In this document: positions 25,519 to 38,972 of the stretch, piece by piece
How the letters are laid out: every line of letters begins with the position of its first letter
Numbering within the stretch: the stretch's first letter is position 1
Source: Azolla caroliniana
Lineage: Eukaryota; Plantae; Polypodiophyta
Reading direction: 5' to 3'
DNA: 64,000 bases
NCBI GenBank assembly: GCA_043228905.1
Contig: JBHGNT010000018.1
Span: 8,432,001 to 8,496,000, forward strand
Made by a program: the position numbers and the translations under genes
The notes under the pieces: model-generated
What the model saw: the letters and a program-made list of their open reading frames with translations, nothing else
Told to the model about the DNA's origin: nothing
Database searches by the model: none

Positions 25519-25929
25519 GATGATGATGGTGACAATGATATGCTTGTAAAGCCATCTCTCTCTCTGTCTCTCTCTCTACACCATGCTTTAAACTCACACC
25601 CTATCTATACAACACACTTTTATATTCCAAAATCTAAATCTTCCTCTTCCACTTCCTCTTCTTCCACTTTGATTCTATTCTTCTCTGTTTTTTTTCCCCC
25701 TTCTGCCTTTCGTTCATATTGTTTGCACACACACACCCTTCAATTCATCTTTTGTTTTTGATAAGCGCCTTTTACCCTAACTCATTTGGCTCTGTTTTCT
25801 TCACCGTCTCTTTCATCATTTGGACGGAGTTTCTTTGTTTCACGATCTGTTTGAAAGCCAAAATTGTCTTCCTTCTGGAACTATCTTCATCATCGTCAAC
25901 ATTGTAGGCTTTATCTGATCGCCCAACAG

Positions 25930-26063
25930 GTCAGTCATACCTTTTTAGTATATGTTTTGTTGAATGGATTCTTTTCTCTGGGCAAAAAGGCATCTTGGGT
26001 TGTGAAAATTGGCGTAAAATAACTTAGTTTTGTGATTTGAGAGGTATTCTTTCTTTTCTGAAG
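25930..26063 (+). other. Putative 5'UTR intron of TPS
   Basis: Donor CAG|GTCAGT at 25930; pyrimidine tract TTCTTTCTTTTCTGAAG acceptor 12 nt before the ATG. Confidence 0.5.
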
Positions 26064-26075
26064 GGGGAAAAAGCT

Positions 26076-28075
26076 ATGGTTTCAAGATCATATACAAATC
26101 TGTTAGATTTAACAGGGGATTATAACCCCCCTAATTTCTCAAGAGGAGCAAAGAAGCTACCCCGATCGTGCACAGTGCCTGGTATCTTATCTGATCTGCT
26201 TCGAGACGATGACTACACAAGTAGTGTCTACTCGGATGCCACGTCTTCAGTTTCTCAAGAGAGATGCATTATAGTGGCTAACACTTTACCTTTGAATGGC
26301 AAGAAGCGAGCCGATGGTAAATCCTGGTCATTCAGTTGGGATGAAGATTCATTGCTTTGGCAACTCAAAGATGGTCTCCCTGATGATATGGAAGTCATAT
26401 ATATTGGTTTCCTTAAATGTGAGATCGAGCCATCGGAGCAAGAAGATGTAGCAGCAAATCTTCATGAGATGTTTAATTGTTTTCCAGTATTCATCTCTGA
26501 TGAGATTCGAAGCCGGTTTTACCATGGTTTTTGTAAGCAAATGCTCTGGCCCCTTTTTCATTACATGCTTCCCCTTGCACCCGACCATGGTAATCGATTT
26601 GATCGACTTCTTTGGCAAGCTTATGTGTCAGTTAACAAGACTTTTGCTGCAAAAGTCATGGAGGTCATTGTCCCTGATGATGACTTTGTTTGGGTTCATG
26701 ACTATCACCTCATGCTTTTGCCAACTTTGCTTCGGAAGAAATGTAATAGAGTGAAGTTGGGTTTCTTCCTCCATAGCCCTTTTCCTTCATCGGAAATTTA
26801 TCGGACACTTCCGGTGCGAGATGAACTTCTACGAGGTCTCTTGAATGCCGATGTGATAGGATTTCATACGTTTGATTATGCCCGCCATTTCCTATCATGC
26901 TGTAGCAGGATGCTTGGCCTTGAATATGAATCAAAGAGGGGGTATATAGGGTTAGAGTACTATGGCCGCGATGTGACTATCAAGATAATGCCTGTTGGTG
27001 TTCATATGGGTCAACTTCAGGCAGGATTGAACCTTCAAGAAACAGAAGATAAGATTGCTGAGCTTAATGAAGAATTCAAAGGGAAGATTGTGTTGCTTGG
27101 GCTTGATGACATGGATATCTTCAAAGGCATTGGATTGAAGCTTCTCGCATTGGATAACCTATTGAAGGAGCATCCTGATCTACGAGGAAAGGTAGTAATG
27201 GTGCAAATCGTAAATCCAGCCCGAGGCAAAGGAAAGGATGTGGAAGAAGTGACAGCTGAAGTATATGGTGTGGTGGAGAGGATAAACCATGAGTTTGGAA
27301 CTGCAGAAGGGTATGTGCCCATTGTGCTTCTTGAAAGGCCAGTTCCTTTCTATGAAAGACTTGCATATTATACGGTTGCAGAGTGTTGCGTTGTGACAGC
27401 TGTCCGCGATGGTATGAATTTGATACCATATGAATATATAGTTAGTAGGCAGGGGTGTGAGAGACTGGATTCACACTTTGCTTCTATTGAAGATCCACCC
27501 AAAAAAAGCTTGCTTGTCTTGTCAGAGTTTATTGGGTGTTCTCCTTCTTTAAGCGGAGCTATCAGAGTAAACCCTTGGAATGTAGTGGCTGTTGCTGATG
27601 CATTAAACATGGCCATCACAATGCCTGAATCGGAAAAGCAATTGAGGCATGAAAAGCATTTCAAGTATGTGAGCACTCATGATGTTGCCTATTGGGCACG
27701 GAGCTTTATGCAAGACTTAGAAAGGGCATGTAAAGATCATTTAAAGAGGCGGTGTTGGGGCATAGGTTTTGGGCTGAATTTTCGGGTCATAGCGCTTGAC
27801 CCCAATTTTAAAAAGCTATCACCCGAACACATCATATCAGCCTACAAAAGGACCAAAAACCATGCCATCTTACTCGATTATGATGGTACAATGGTATCTC
27901 AAACATCGATAAATAAAACTCCAGGCGGAGAAATAATATCAGTCTTGAATGCCTTATGCAATGATCTGAAAAATGTGGTATTCATTGTAAGTGGACGCAG
28001 TCGTGAAGATCTTTCTGGTTGGTTTTCTCCCTGCAAGAACCTTGGCATTGCAACAGAGCATGGTTATTATATGAG
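26076..28075 (+). CDS. TPS: Class II trehalose-6-phosphate synthase/phosphatase, coding exon 1
   Basis: Class II N-terminus MVSRSYTNLLDL; GT20 motifs WVHDYHL, GFFLHSPFPSSEIYR, RDGMNL, SEFIGCSPSL; HAD motif LDYDGT; donor AG|GTATG at 28076. Confidence 0.97.
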
Positions 28076-28435
28076 GTATGCCATTCATTCAAGCAAATCT
28101 AATGTTATGGTAAACGATCGTGGCTTTTATGTTGTTATGGTTTTTCATAAATATTGTGCGTTTTGAGAAAATATCTAGTCAGGTAGTTTGTTCTTTCAAG
28201 GGATTTGTAAGATCACTGGGAAATATATGAAGTATGACATGCTTCGTGCTAGAAATAGAGTAGCTGCAGCTTTTCTATTGGTTATATTTAAGGATTAGCT
28301 ATGTTGGTGCTCGTACCACAAAGGCCAATCCTTAAATCCTTGGTTGCCAAATCCATCCTTGTCATTATTGTATGCATTGGTGTGGTCATAATGATATTGC
28401 TATGACATAAATGCTGAGAATTTGACCTTCTCTAG

Positions 28436-28709
28436 ATGGAACCGGGATGAAGATTGGGAGACTTGTGTACCAGAATCAGAGTTTGAGTGGAAACAAGTGG
28501 CTGGTCCGATAATGCAACTATATACAGAGAGTACTGATGGCTCATTCATCGAAGCAAAAGAGAGTGCAATTGTATGGCATCATCGAGATGCTGATCCTGA
28601 CTTTGGTGCCTGGCAAGCAAAAGAGTTGCTAGATCATCTCGAGAGTGTCCTTGGGAATGAGCCAGTGGTGGTGACGCGTGGTAAAAATATCGTGGAAGTG
28701 AAACCCCAG
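28436..28709 (+). CDS. TPS: Class II TPS coding exon 2 (TPP domain)
   Basis: Acceptor TCTAG|A restores the split Arg codon; YTESTDGSFIEAKES, ADPDFG, IVEVKPQ; donor CAG|GTATGA. Confidence 0.96.
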
Positions 28710-28975
28710 GTATGAATCCATTTTTGTTAGTCTTTTAAATTTCTACTTGGTTTTACGTGCCAAAAATTACAAAATTTCCATTGATTGTTTTTGAGTTATT
28801 TATTTTGGGCATTTTTTTCTTAATCACTTTATTTAACTTCTATTTTAAATATGGGTAATTCCTTCAATTTTGGATAAAGGGTTTATAAGATGATATTTCC
28901 AAAAAACCCTTTCATTAGATACCCGAAAAATGAAATGCAAATTTGAAAATTTCCCTAAAACAAGACATTTAACAG

Positions 28976-29284
28976 GGTGTAAGCAAAGGTATGGTAACAA
29001 AGAGGCTTCTTGCATCGATGGCAAGCCGAGGCACACCGCCGGATTTTGTTTTGTGCATAGGTGATGACAAATCAGATGAAGACATGTTTGAGAGCATAGC
29101 AGATGCCGTTGTGGCTCCATCGGCAGAAGTCTTTGCGTGCACTGTGGGGAGAAAGCCAAGTAAAGCTAAGTATTATCTCGAAGACATAGGGGATGTTATC
29201 TATATGCTACACGGCCTTGCAAAAGCCAGTCAACAACCTCTTCAAAGGAGCTTGTCTCGTGTTTCGTATGCAAACGATGAATAA
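28976..29284 (+). CDS. TPS: Class II TPS coding exon 3
   Basis: Acceptor AACAG|GGT; GVSKG, LCIGDDKSDEDMF, ACTVGRKPSKAKYYL; stop TAA. Spliced CDS is 2000+274+309=2583 nt = 860 aa plus stop. Confidence 0.96.
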   Translation, partial: GVSKGMVTKRLLASMASRGTPPDFVLCIGDDKSDEDMFESIADAVVAPSAEVFACTVGRKPSKAKYYLEDIGDVIYMLHGLAKASQQPLQRSLSRVSYANDE

Positions 29285-32200
29285 GTGGTTCATATTCGTA
29301 TTCATCGACAAAATTGAATTGGTAAGTGATTTTTATGTTCGGAGTCATCAAGGATAAATTTCCATTGGGCTTTGTTTGGAAGAGAAGAAGTGGTTTATGC
29401 AATGTTGAATGAAACGAATGGAAGAGGAATGATGGAGAGCTTCTGGGTCGTTGCGATTTCATTGAAATTGAGATGCCAAATACTGGGTTTATTGCTTGCC
29501 ATAGGTGGCAGGCAATAAAATTTCTTAATGAATCATTTTTTTGGATTAGTTGAAATATGTAGGAATAAGAAAGAAACAATGACTAGTGCTCTATTTCCAG
29601 CATTTGTGTTGAACACTACTTGTTAGTAAATTCTGTTCATATTGAGTGTAACATATAAAAGAGAGATGACGCATTGATTTGGGGGTTGCCTGAAACTTTG
29701 CCCAAATATGAAGACATTCAAATAACACAGAAACATTGTTCGTGTCTACTCTCTGATGTATTAGGACATTCTTTATTAGAAAGAAAGAATAATCCTTTTT
29801 CTACATAAGAGTGTGTCCTTTTGAATGAACTCGTGTTCTACATATATACTTAGTGAAAGTTGTGCATAGAGAACTTCACAGATGAATTCTACCTTGAAGT
29901 TGTATACCATACCTGTATTAAGTCTACATGTCACTATGGAAGATCATGTGGTGGCTCGTTATTGATTTTGAATAATGAAAGCAAATTAATTAAACATGTG
30001 AACAAATTTTGACTGGTCTAGGTCATGTCATTCATTACCATTTTTTCTTCTAATGATATAGTGGATACAATTTGCAAAATGGAGTTTATTTGATGACCTT
30101 CCAATGTCCTTGTACCTTACGATTGAGGTTTAGAGGCTTGACCTTGTTGTGATGTCGTATTATAGGAGTTCTTAGTTAGGGTAGATATCGACCCTTGTTT
30201 TGATGCCCAATAGGCTGCTACTGTTAGTTACATATTTTTACATGATGAACATCAAATGTATACATTGGGTGGCACAGCATATAGTGTTGACAGATAATTT
30301 CTTTGATGTAGAGGAAAGTGAGTAGAAAGAAGGGAATGCAATATTAGTGGGTGGTGAATGTGTATATATCTATTTGTAAATGCTCTGGGCATTTTGTCGA
30401 CCATAGTTCTATTAGACATTGCAACCATCCTCATGCAACTGTACCTATTTGGAGATATGCAACTTTGTCTATTTGGTGATATGCATGTCGCATACAACTC
30501 ACAATAACACAATGACGAGATATCATGACAAAAATAGTTGTGTTTTGCAGCATTTGGAATTACCCCTGAATTCTATAGGAATTGTGATGCACTACCATTG
30601 TAGTGAAACATAACAAGGTGTATAGTTTTGCATATGTATAAATAATTGTTCTTTATCAAAGAAGTAGAGTTTGCTTATTTTTATTTCCTTTGCAAATGGT
30701 TTGTGCCACCAACTTTGTCTTGAGATTTTCATGGTAACAAAATTAGTAAGATGTGTGCGAATTTCTCTCTTTGGTGAAGTAAGCACCATCTTTTGATTAT
30801 ATTCACCCATGGTATGCCACAATAAAACCAAACATATGTAGATGCTTGTGTGAAAGAATGGTTTTGGTCTTTTGTCAACTTTGAGTTCAATGCCTTGTCA
30901 ATCAAACCATATACAACCCCAAACTATGGTTTGCCATCGTATAAGGGAACGTACTAAAATGCTATCAAAGAACCATTTCCTCTTTTCAATCTAATACAAG
31001 CTTCATTATTTTAATGGCTTGTTAAGTGGCTATTGGTCATACTTTCTAACGAATCTAGGATGGTTTGCACAACTTGTTAAATATAGGAGTTTCCTTGTGA
31101 TATAGAAAGTTGACACCTCTATTAGGTTTTTTATATGACTCAATAGTCAAGATGTCATTAAGTGTTCCCTATTGAAAAACTAGCACATAGTAGGAAATCT
31201 CTGTCCTTTGTAAATACTTATGTTGAGGTTATAAAAACAAAGACGTGATTATTTGCAATCTGATCTAAGTTTATTTACCCATATGTAGAACCATTATAGT
31301 CTCTACAATATATGTTAATTTAAAGTTTTTAATCAATCCCACCCATGTTCTTCATGTTATTTATCAATTTACTGTTCTTTAAGTGAATCAAATTTTTCCC
31401 GTACTATTATCCAAGTCCAAAGACGCACTAGATCACCTTCTATGATATACAATGCCTCACATCTTTGGATGCCATCAATAATAAAACTAGCACTTGTAAA
31501 AATTTATGCCACTTTACCAATAAAAAGGAAAAAAATAGTTATATGCAATTGGTGGGTGGGCTTTACAATGGGTTTAAACATAGAAGACCAATTTACATTG
31601 CCTTAGGTTTGTAAAATACCTACATATATTTTTATTTATTTATACTATGACCATGTGTTTAAAGAGCAAAGTGACAATCATTGTCTCCAAAAGTGATGGT
31701 GAGGGAGATCCTCACGATGTGCTGCTCATTACTATGGTTCCAACAAGGATGCAAAGGAATGAGACCTATGAGTGCGTGGGAATCAAGAAGAAGCCCAACT
31801 ATGATACGTTTAATTGTTTACATGTAAATAATGGTAAGTTTCTTTGAATCTAGCAAACCTAAATGTATTACAAACATATCTCCACTAAAAAACTTGGCAT
31901 TTGTCAAACTCCCGATTTTATTTCCGTATATGTGAACTTTTGCAACATGGTATAATAATAACTTTAAAATCTAAATCAAACCGTACTCCAACATATGGAT
32001 ATAGAATTAGATATATCAAACCAAGTATGATGCTTCCATAATTGGGTAACTTAGTACCAAGTTTGTCTAAAATTTGGCAATGCCACATATTACGAGGATA
32101 ACGTATGCAAATTAGTATTCCACAATTTATTGAATACTGGTCATTGCTTGTTGGGTCAACAAAATATTCTTTGCATGTTGTAACTTTCATGAACGATTTT

Positions 32201-35200
32201 TAAAAGATTTTTTTATGTGAATATACTCCAAAAAATGTAAACAATCAACAAGCCTTTAGAAGAGCGCCAACTTTGGGGGATGGTGGGAACTTTGTTTCTC
32301 CTGTATCATTAGGTTTTTGTAGACTATTGATGCAAGAGGAAAGACCATATCAAAGGAGCCTTTTCAAACATGACTAGAAGAGATCTACGAGTGGGTACCT
32401 TTCTCTACCTTTCCATATGAATGGATGCCATGGGAGGTCTCTACTTCGCTAGAAAACCACACATACTGAACATCCCAAGTCTTCAAGAACGACTTTGGCA
32501 TTATTGATAAGTGAGGATAACGAGTTGTTGAGAATTGCAATTCCAATTATTTTTTTGTTCATCTTTTAACGTAAGGTTTACTTTCACATTAATAATCTCA
32601 AAATTTCTCGCCCTTTCTAAAAATATTCTTGATTTGTGGACTTTACTGCCTACAAGGAAGCCCTAAATTCTCTTGCATAACAAAATAGGTGGAACTAACA
32701 CTTCGTTAATAACGACTTCTTGAAGCATTATTGTTTATGGCTCTTCATCAAGAAACTCTTGATGGGTTCATAGAGTATGATACACTTGGAACAATGTAGG
32801 CCCCTCTCATCCACCTATATCTCAAAATCCCTCTCACATCTTAAAAAACCAAATCCCTTTGTGAATGGAACCTTGACTTTGGCTTTGAGATGGACAAAGA
32901 ATATCCTCTTTTATTATCTAACTTACCATGCCTTGCCACTTTATACCTTGACAAATAATCATTGTTCGCTTAATGTCAACTTGATAACTTGGTTTCCTAA
33001 GGAAAAAACTTATCTATTTCTTATAGTTCAATGTTGATGATTTGTGTTCGTAAGGATAACTCAAAGTATTCTATTTTATTTTGGACAATCCAACGTTGAT
33101 GACTTGAATACATAAGGACGACTCGAAGTGTTCTATTTCAGGCTAGATGAGGTGACTCTTTCCACTTGTTTATACGTGAGTACCGTTCATTTTCACCATA
33201 TTATATATATGTATATATTGTATACATGCATACGTCAAGGAGAACAAATGATCTTGATTCAACTATGAGAAGGAATTCCATTCCATGTAACATGATGTAC
33301 TATTGGAAAATCTTGTGATGCAAAGCTATGTATTCAAGTCTTCAGTAATGGTTTTTGTGTTGATTTCAATTACAAAACCTCTTTGTGATCTTAGGCAACA
33401 CATAAATCGATACTACTATTTCTCTTAAAAATATGGTTTCCCAACATTTACACCAATTGAATGTGAATAAATTAGCATTGAAATTTAAAAACAATGCTAA
33501 TAATATAGATATAAGAGAGAAACTATACATATACTGTTATACATATGAGGTAATAAACTCAAAGTTTCAATGAATGAATACAATATTAATCAAATGAATG
33601 TAGGTCAATTAGATAAATAAATCATGCATGACAAAACTATCAAACACATTGCTATTTTCATTATATCTCCAATGCTCTAGACTTTTAATGGTTTCTCAAT
33701 TTTTTTTTTGTCACCTCCCAAAGAGCAATTATATGTGCTATTTGAGAAATTTTGTCGGAAATTAATCCCCTTTTCCTTAATTAGTGTATGGTCAAATCAT
33801 GCTATTTTCTTCTTATTTTGGACAAGCATATTTTGGGAAAAATGAAAATTCAGGGGCATTTGAGAAAATAAGAGAAATATGAATCATGATACAAATATGC
33901 ATAGCATATAATAAGAGACGTATATGAATTAAAACTACTATCTTTCATAAGGTCTATTGTTGATGTGTAGAGGGAATGGTAAGTCAAGTGATATATAAAT
34001 TCATGACACAAACATAAACAAGTAGATTCTAAAATATATGTATGTTAATGACTTATTGTTAAATAGCAATAAGCTTTAATTGATGGAAAATAACTAAAAT
34101 AACACTACTTGTGAGTTTCGTTGCATGTCATTTAATTATTTATTGCAATTCATAGAGATCCAACTTTTTAAGATATTTTTGTTTTTCAAAAACTAGTTTG
34201 CAACCACATTTTTGAAATGTCGACTTGAATGGGTTTGTGTTGCTGATATTGAAGATGTTAATTGTGAATTGTGTCAAGGATGTGTTAATGGACATTGTAT
34301 TACAATCGGATTGGTTTGGAGATACACCTACATATAAGGCTTGGGAACCCATTGACGATCTTACTACTGCCATAGTTATAGAAAAGAATTCTATTGATTG
34401 TTTCTTGATAAACCAAATCTTTGTTCATACATTGAGATTCATAGAACTCATCGTATAAGAAAGGGGATGTTACCATGAGTATATAGGGATATTGTTTATA
34501 ATGAAGTGGTAAGCTTGCCATAGGCACCGTAACCTACATCTCTAAGCCTAAAAGATCACTCACTACTCTCTTACCACCCCCATGATGGTAGTAGTAGGTA
34601 CCAAGCTTCATAAGATTACTATGGTAGCGATACACCTTAGGTGCCAATTGTGTCTATGTATATATGTATTTGTTCCCTTGTTTTTCCCCCATAAATCTAT
34701 GTTTGTTATTAAAACAAGATGATAATCCATGACTTCATTAGTAGTGATATGGCAAGGTAAAGCCTCTCAAGTGTTGTAATACTAGATGACATAACTCTAC
34801 CTCATCTTGGGACAACGTCCCCATACAACATAGTTGTGAAAATTGCCAAATAAACTTCCTTTCATCCTACGGAGTTGTGTTACCCCAAGAAGTCCATCAA
34901 ACAAGAACCCATTTCTCATGGTCCAATTAAACCACATCGCCCAATACATAAGGTAGTCAAATACAACATGATGTGATGGCGGGGGTATAACTTTATCCTC
35001 ATCAATAAAAACTCACTTAAAAGGTGAGAAAATACTTCATGTTAATGATGCCCAAAGTTATGATATAACCTCCCAAATGGCTTTATCAATCAAACATGTA
35101 ATGAACTTATGTCGGGCATCTTTGTCAACCATTGTATAGAAAAAACATGTCCCATTTGAAATATATCTTCATTTTAAAGCCATCGCTGAAAGCCACCCAC

Positions 35201-36164
35201 CAACCATCACATGTCAAAGAAACATTGTTGCACGAAATAGAAGGTAAGACTGCCATCTTGCATCTAAAACTCGATGCCACCACTTTACATGTCGAGTAAT
35301 GTATTACTTTACATGTTCCCTCATTTCACTTGCCTTATTAAGTGGTAACTCTTAAGGCTTTGAGGCACACTATTAGGCCATTGATGACCTCTATCATTCA
35401 TCTATTATAATTGGATTTCTAAGATCATTGTTCAGAGTCATACATATCTAGTTAATGTCATTGAGAATTCACTGCGAGGATCACCTCATAATTTTTAGAA
35501 TATAGACTAGGCACTAGATGAAAAGATATAAGCACATGAGTAAATTTTTGGATGGAAACAATTGAACTTGCCATGTTGACCAAAGACGGTGTCTTGTCCA
35601 CCAGATGACATATGACGAGGGGGTCTAAACCACAAAGTTGGGAGAATTTACCTTCAAATGAAGGGTCAAATTTTTAATTTTCCGAAATCTTGAGCCTTTG
35701 ACTTTAGCCTTCGAGTGAAAGTTCGACCCTATGCCGTCTTATTGCCACTTATTTCCATCATCTACCACTGTTTGTCACGATCATTACTTGTTATAGGATG
35801 CTCTAGCTCCATTTGTTGTCATGGTTGTCACCGTCTCCCCTCTCGACGTGCAAGTGGCGTCAACTAACGCCATCTCACCCTGTCTCTTGAGCTTCATTAC
35901 TTTCGTCTCTGTGTCAACTTCAGTTCCCTCCCTTTTTACTTTTCCTTCATATTTAATCTAATTCAAAAGGAAAACACACATCTATATTTCCCCAAATACC
36001 CTTCCCTACATACCAATGTAAATTTCCCTTTAGACATACATATTGAGTAAACACTTCAAAAAATGTTTATATGCACATTCATGCATCGAGTCAAACACTC
36101 CAAAAAATACATTAACATTTAGTTTCATATACATTTAGTTTCTATAGACCCCCTCACACATCAC

Positions 36165-37098
36165 TTCTTGACGCTCTGCCTCATGCGTTTAAAACGTCTT
36201 GCTGGTAATAAAAGTTATCTTCGCGGGGTGGCTCTTGGTTGTGACGGCCTTGACTGAATCGGCCCCCTTCCTCCATCCGAGTTCAAAATGAGCATGTGTC
36301 CTTCTTGCACGTTGCTCCTCGTTCGGACGTAATTTTCTTGGACTAGTAGCATTGATTGGAGATCGAAGAATGAGGGAGGATTCTCCCTTGTGAGGATGGC
36401 TGACCTCATTGTGCCGAATCGAGGCGCAAGGCCGCTGAGGCATATTCGCAGCATTACATCATCGTCAACATTAACATTGATCAACTTGAGGAAATTGCAC
36501 AACTCCTTGATATTCAAGGTGTAGTTGTCGATTTACATATCCCTATGTTGTATGCTATTCAACTCTTGGCGGAGTTGAAGCTTTCATGTGATTGTGTTGG
36601 CCACGAATATCTTTTTGGGGTTTCTCATGCCTCCTTCAACATTTTGGCCTCTCAGATGTAGCCAAGCATGTGATCATGAACGCATGATGCAGGGCAATAC
36701 AACACACGATTCGCCGCTTGCTCCCAGATTGGGTGGTGGTATGTGCTGGGTTGGGTTGATTTTCTTGTGCTCCCTCGATATACCCCCAATAGCCTTGGCC
36801 GACAAGGCATTTGTGTATCTTGTATTCCCAAGATACAAAGTTTTTTCTGTCGAGTTTCTTGGTAGGAAGAGAACTTCCCATCCGAGTATTCATGATAATC
36901 GATTTGAGCGATTGTTGTTGTTGTTCTTCTCTTTGATACAAACTGTCCAGATTGCTGCTACAACGATCAGCCGATTCTTTGTGAATGTGGGTTTAAGCAT
37001 GACACATGTAGATTGACTTGGATCAAGCTACCAAGCGCTCTGATACCATGTAAAGATTTAGATATGATTCTGTGCCATGGAAGGTGTGTGTATGTGTG

Positions 37099-37161
<63 letters not shown>

Positions 37162-37394
37162 CATAGAGTAACACAGAAAACTAGAAAATTGTATTAACAA
37201 GAGAATACAATAACCAATAGTTACAAAGAGAAGGAGAAGGTGCTAATGTAGTCACCCTCTCTCTATGTTCTCTCACTATAACCACCATTTGGAAAAGACT
37301 TGGAGACTTAACTACCTACTTAATATGTGTCATAGGACTTAACTTCTATGACACTTAGTTTATAATACAAGGAGGTGGAGAGTTCACACACGTG
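36165..37394 (-). mobile_element. Copia 5' remnant (gag, iMet PBS, partial 5' LTR), related to copies 1 and 2
   Basis: gag SWEYKIHKCLVGQGYW and RENPPSFFDLQSMLL; PBS TGGTATCAGAGC at 37037-37048; LTR from 37049 with a (GA)n tract, cut at 37395 by another LTR. Confidence 0.88.
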
Positions 37395-37833
37395 TGTTAA
37401 CTCTTAGGGCCGGACAATGGCCTAACACAGGGTGTCTACGGAAGACACTTCACCAAAGGGGTGTTACGGCAATAGGATTAGACTCAACGATTAATCCGAC
37501 TTAATTAGGTTACTTAGCATGATCGTCCTTAATATTCACACGCGTAAGATATAACAATGAATGCAGAACGGCAATTAACATAGAGAGATAACAACACTAA
37601 GCTTTATTAATTAACCGCTGCTCATTACATTGTATCCGGGCCTTTAAATAGGTTTTCCGGTCTGTAGTACAAAACGGTGCCATCCACACCTGTTCGGGAT
37701 CGGTCTGGATCTGGAACGGCATACCGATTCCGGTCCGTCCGTCCACACTCATAGCTTACTTACAACCATTCCTAATAATTAACTAACTCCCCGTTTCACA
37801 CTCTGGACTCCTTTGCTGGCCGGGCCGGTAACA
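37395..37833 (+). repeat. LTR family D (439 bp) followed by a tRNA-Arg-type PBS
   Basis: TGTTA...TAACA; same length as and homologous to solo LTR 47379-47817; then CA-TGGCACGCCCGTGGGAC (37836-37852). Confidence 0.8.
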
Positions 37834-38964
37834 CATGGCACGCCCGTGGGACAGTACCTTGTACGTCGAATCCACATCCGACCCTTGCCATTCTTCGTCC
37901 AAAATATCTAGAATGCTTTGTTCGAGAGTCTCCAATGGTTCATTTGGAATTGGTTGTTGTTGTTGTTGTTGCTGTTGCTGCTCCGTTGATGGTTGTTGCG
38001 ACTGGTCCTTTGGTGGCTGCTGCGGCTGCTCCTCCGTTTGTTGCTCTGACACCGGCGTCTCCTTCGTTGCTCCCTCCGTCATAGTGGTCTCCGGTTGACT
38101 GGTTCCGGCCTGGCCCTCGGCCGGCGACGGTTCCTCATCACTAAGGTTAACCGTTGCCGCTTCCCGTGCTTTTTCTTCCCGAACCCGGGACCGCTCATAG
38201 CTTTCAAACTGGATTTGAGTGTCCAGCCTATCATCGTCTAGCTGAGCTACGAGTTGCTAGACCTGCGCCAGCTGTTCATCCGCCAGGACTTGGAAGTCGT
38301 CGGCCAGCTCGTCCCGTATGGCGGTGAAGTCCTCGGAAGTCAACGTGTAACAATCATCTCCTTCCTTCCGCCGGTTTGCCACATCTGCCCGTAGCAATTG
38401 GAGTTCCGCCGCATTTTGTGCCCACTTTGTCCACCATCTTACGGAGCTTTCGTCAATCAAGCGTTTTGTCTGATTCAGCCATGCCCGGAGGATGCACTGA
38501 ATTCGGCCCGTTCCCAACTGCGATTTGATCTCCGCAGCTTGCCGTTCCTCCTTCAATTGCTTGATGATTTTGACGTTGTCTTCCGCCTGCTCCTTGTAAT
38601 GCGTCAATTGCCTTTGATATGTGCTTTGTAATTTTTGCAATACCGTTGATGCTCTCTCCTTTTCTTCCTGCTGCTGCTTCTGGAGCTCCATCCGAACTTT
38701 CTCCGCCTCGTCCAACCGTCTTGTATTTTCCGCTCGTTCGTCGGCGAGCGCCGTTGCGGCCCGATCAACTTCCTGCTGGAGCTCGGCCACCCGTTCCTTA
38801 TGCTCCGTTTCCAAGCGTTTGTAGTCCCGGTGCAGGTGCTCAAAATCATCTGTCTTTTGCTTGAGCCATGCATTGATCTGTCGACGGGCCCGGTCCTCGC
38901 AGTCCTTCTGCTGGCGGAGCTCTTCCTTTAGCCGTTCAATTTCCGTTTCCGCCGTCTTCCGCAA
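37783..38964 (-). pseudogene. Coiled-coil, Q/E-rich ORF antisense to LTR element D (one in-frame stop, 5'-truncated)
   Basis: ORFs 38257-38964 and 37783-38082 share a frame and are separated by one TAG; GC-rich, heptad-like E/K/Q/R composition and a polyQ tract. Confidence 0.7.
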
Positions 38965-38972
38965 CTTGTCCT

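Noticed and set aside
25447-25907. Conserved-peptide uORFs upstream of TPS
   Set aside because: The ORFs arise from microsatellite and pyrimidine-rich low-complexity sequence; no evidence of conservation
26037-28166. 709-aa ORF as the TPS protein
   Set aside because: The TTG start is upstream of the conserved MVSRSY ATG (26076) and the 3' end reads into intron 1
37835-38098. Cys-rich metallothionein-like peptide
   Set aside because: It is the antisense reading of the polyQ (CAA/CAG) tract
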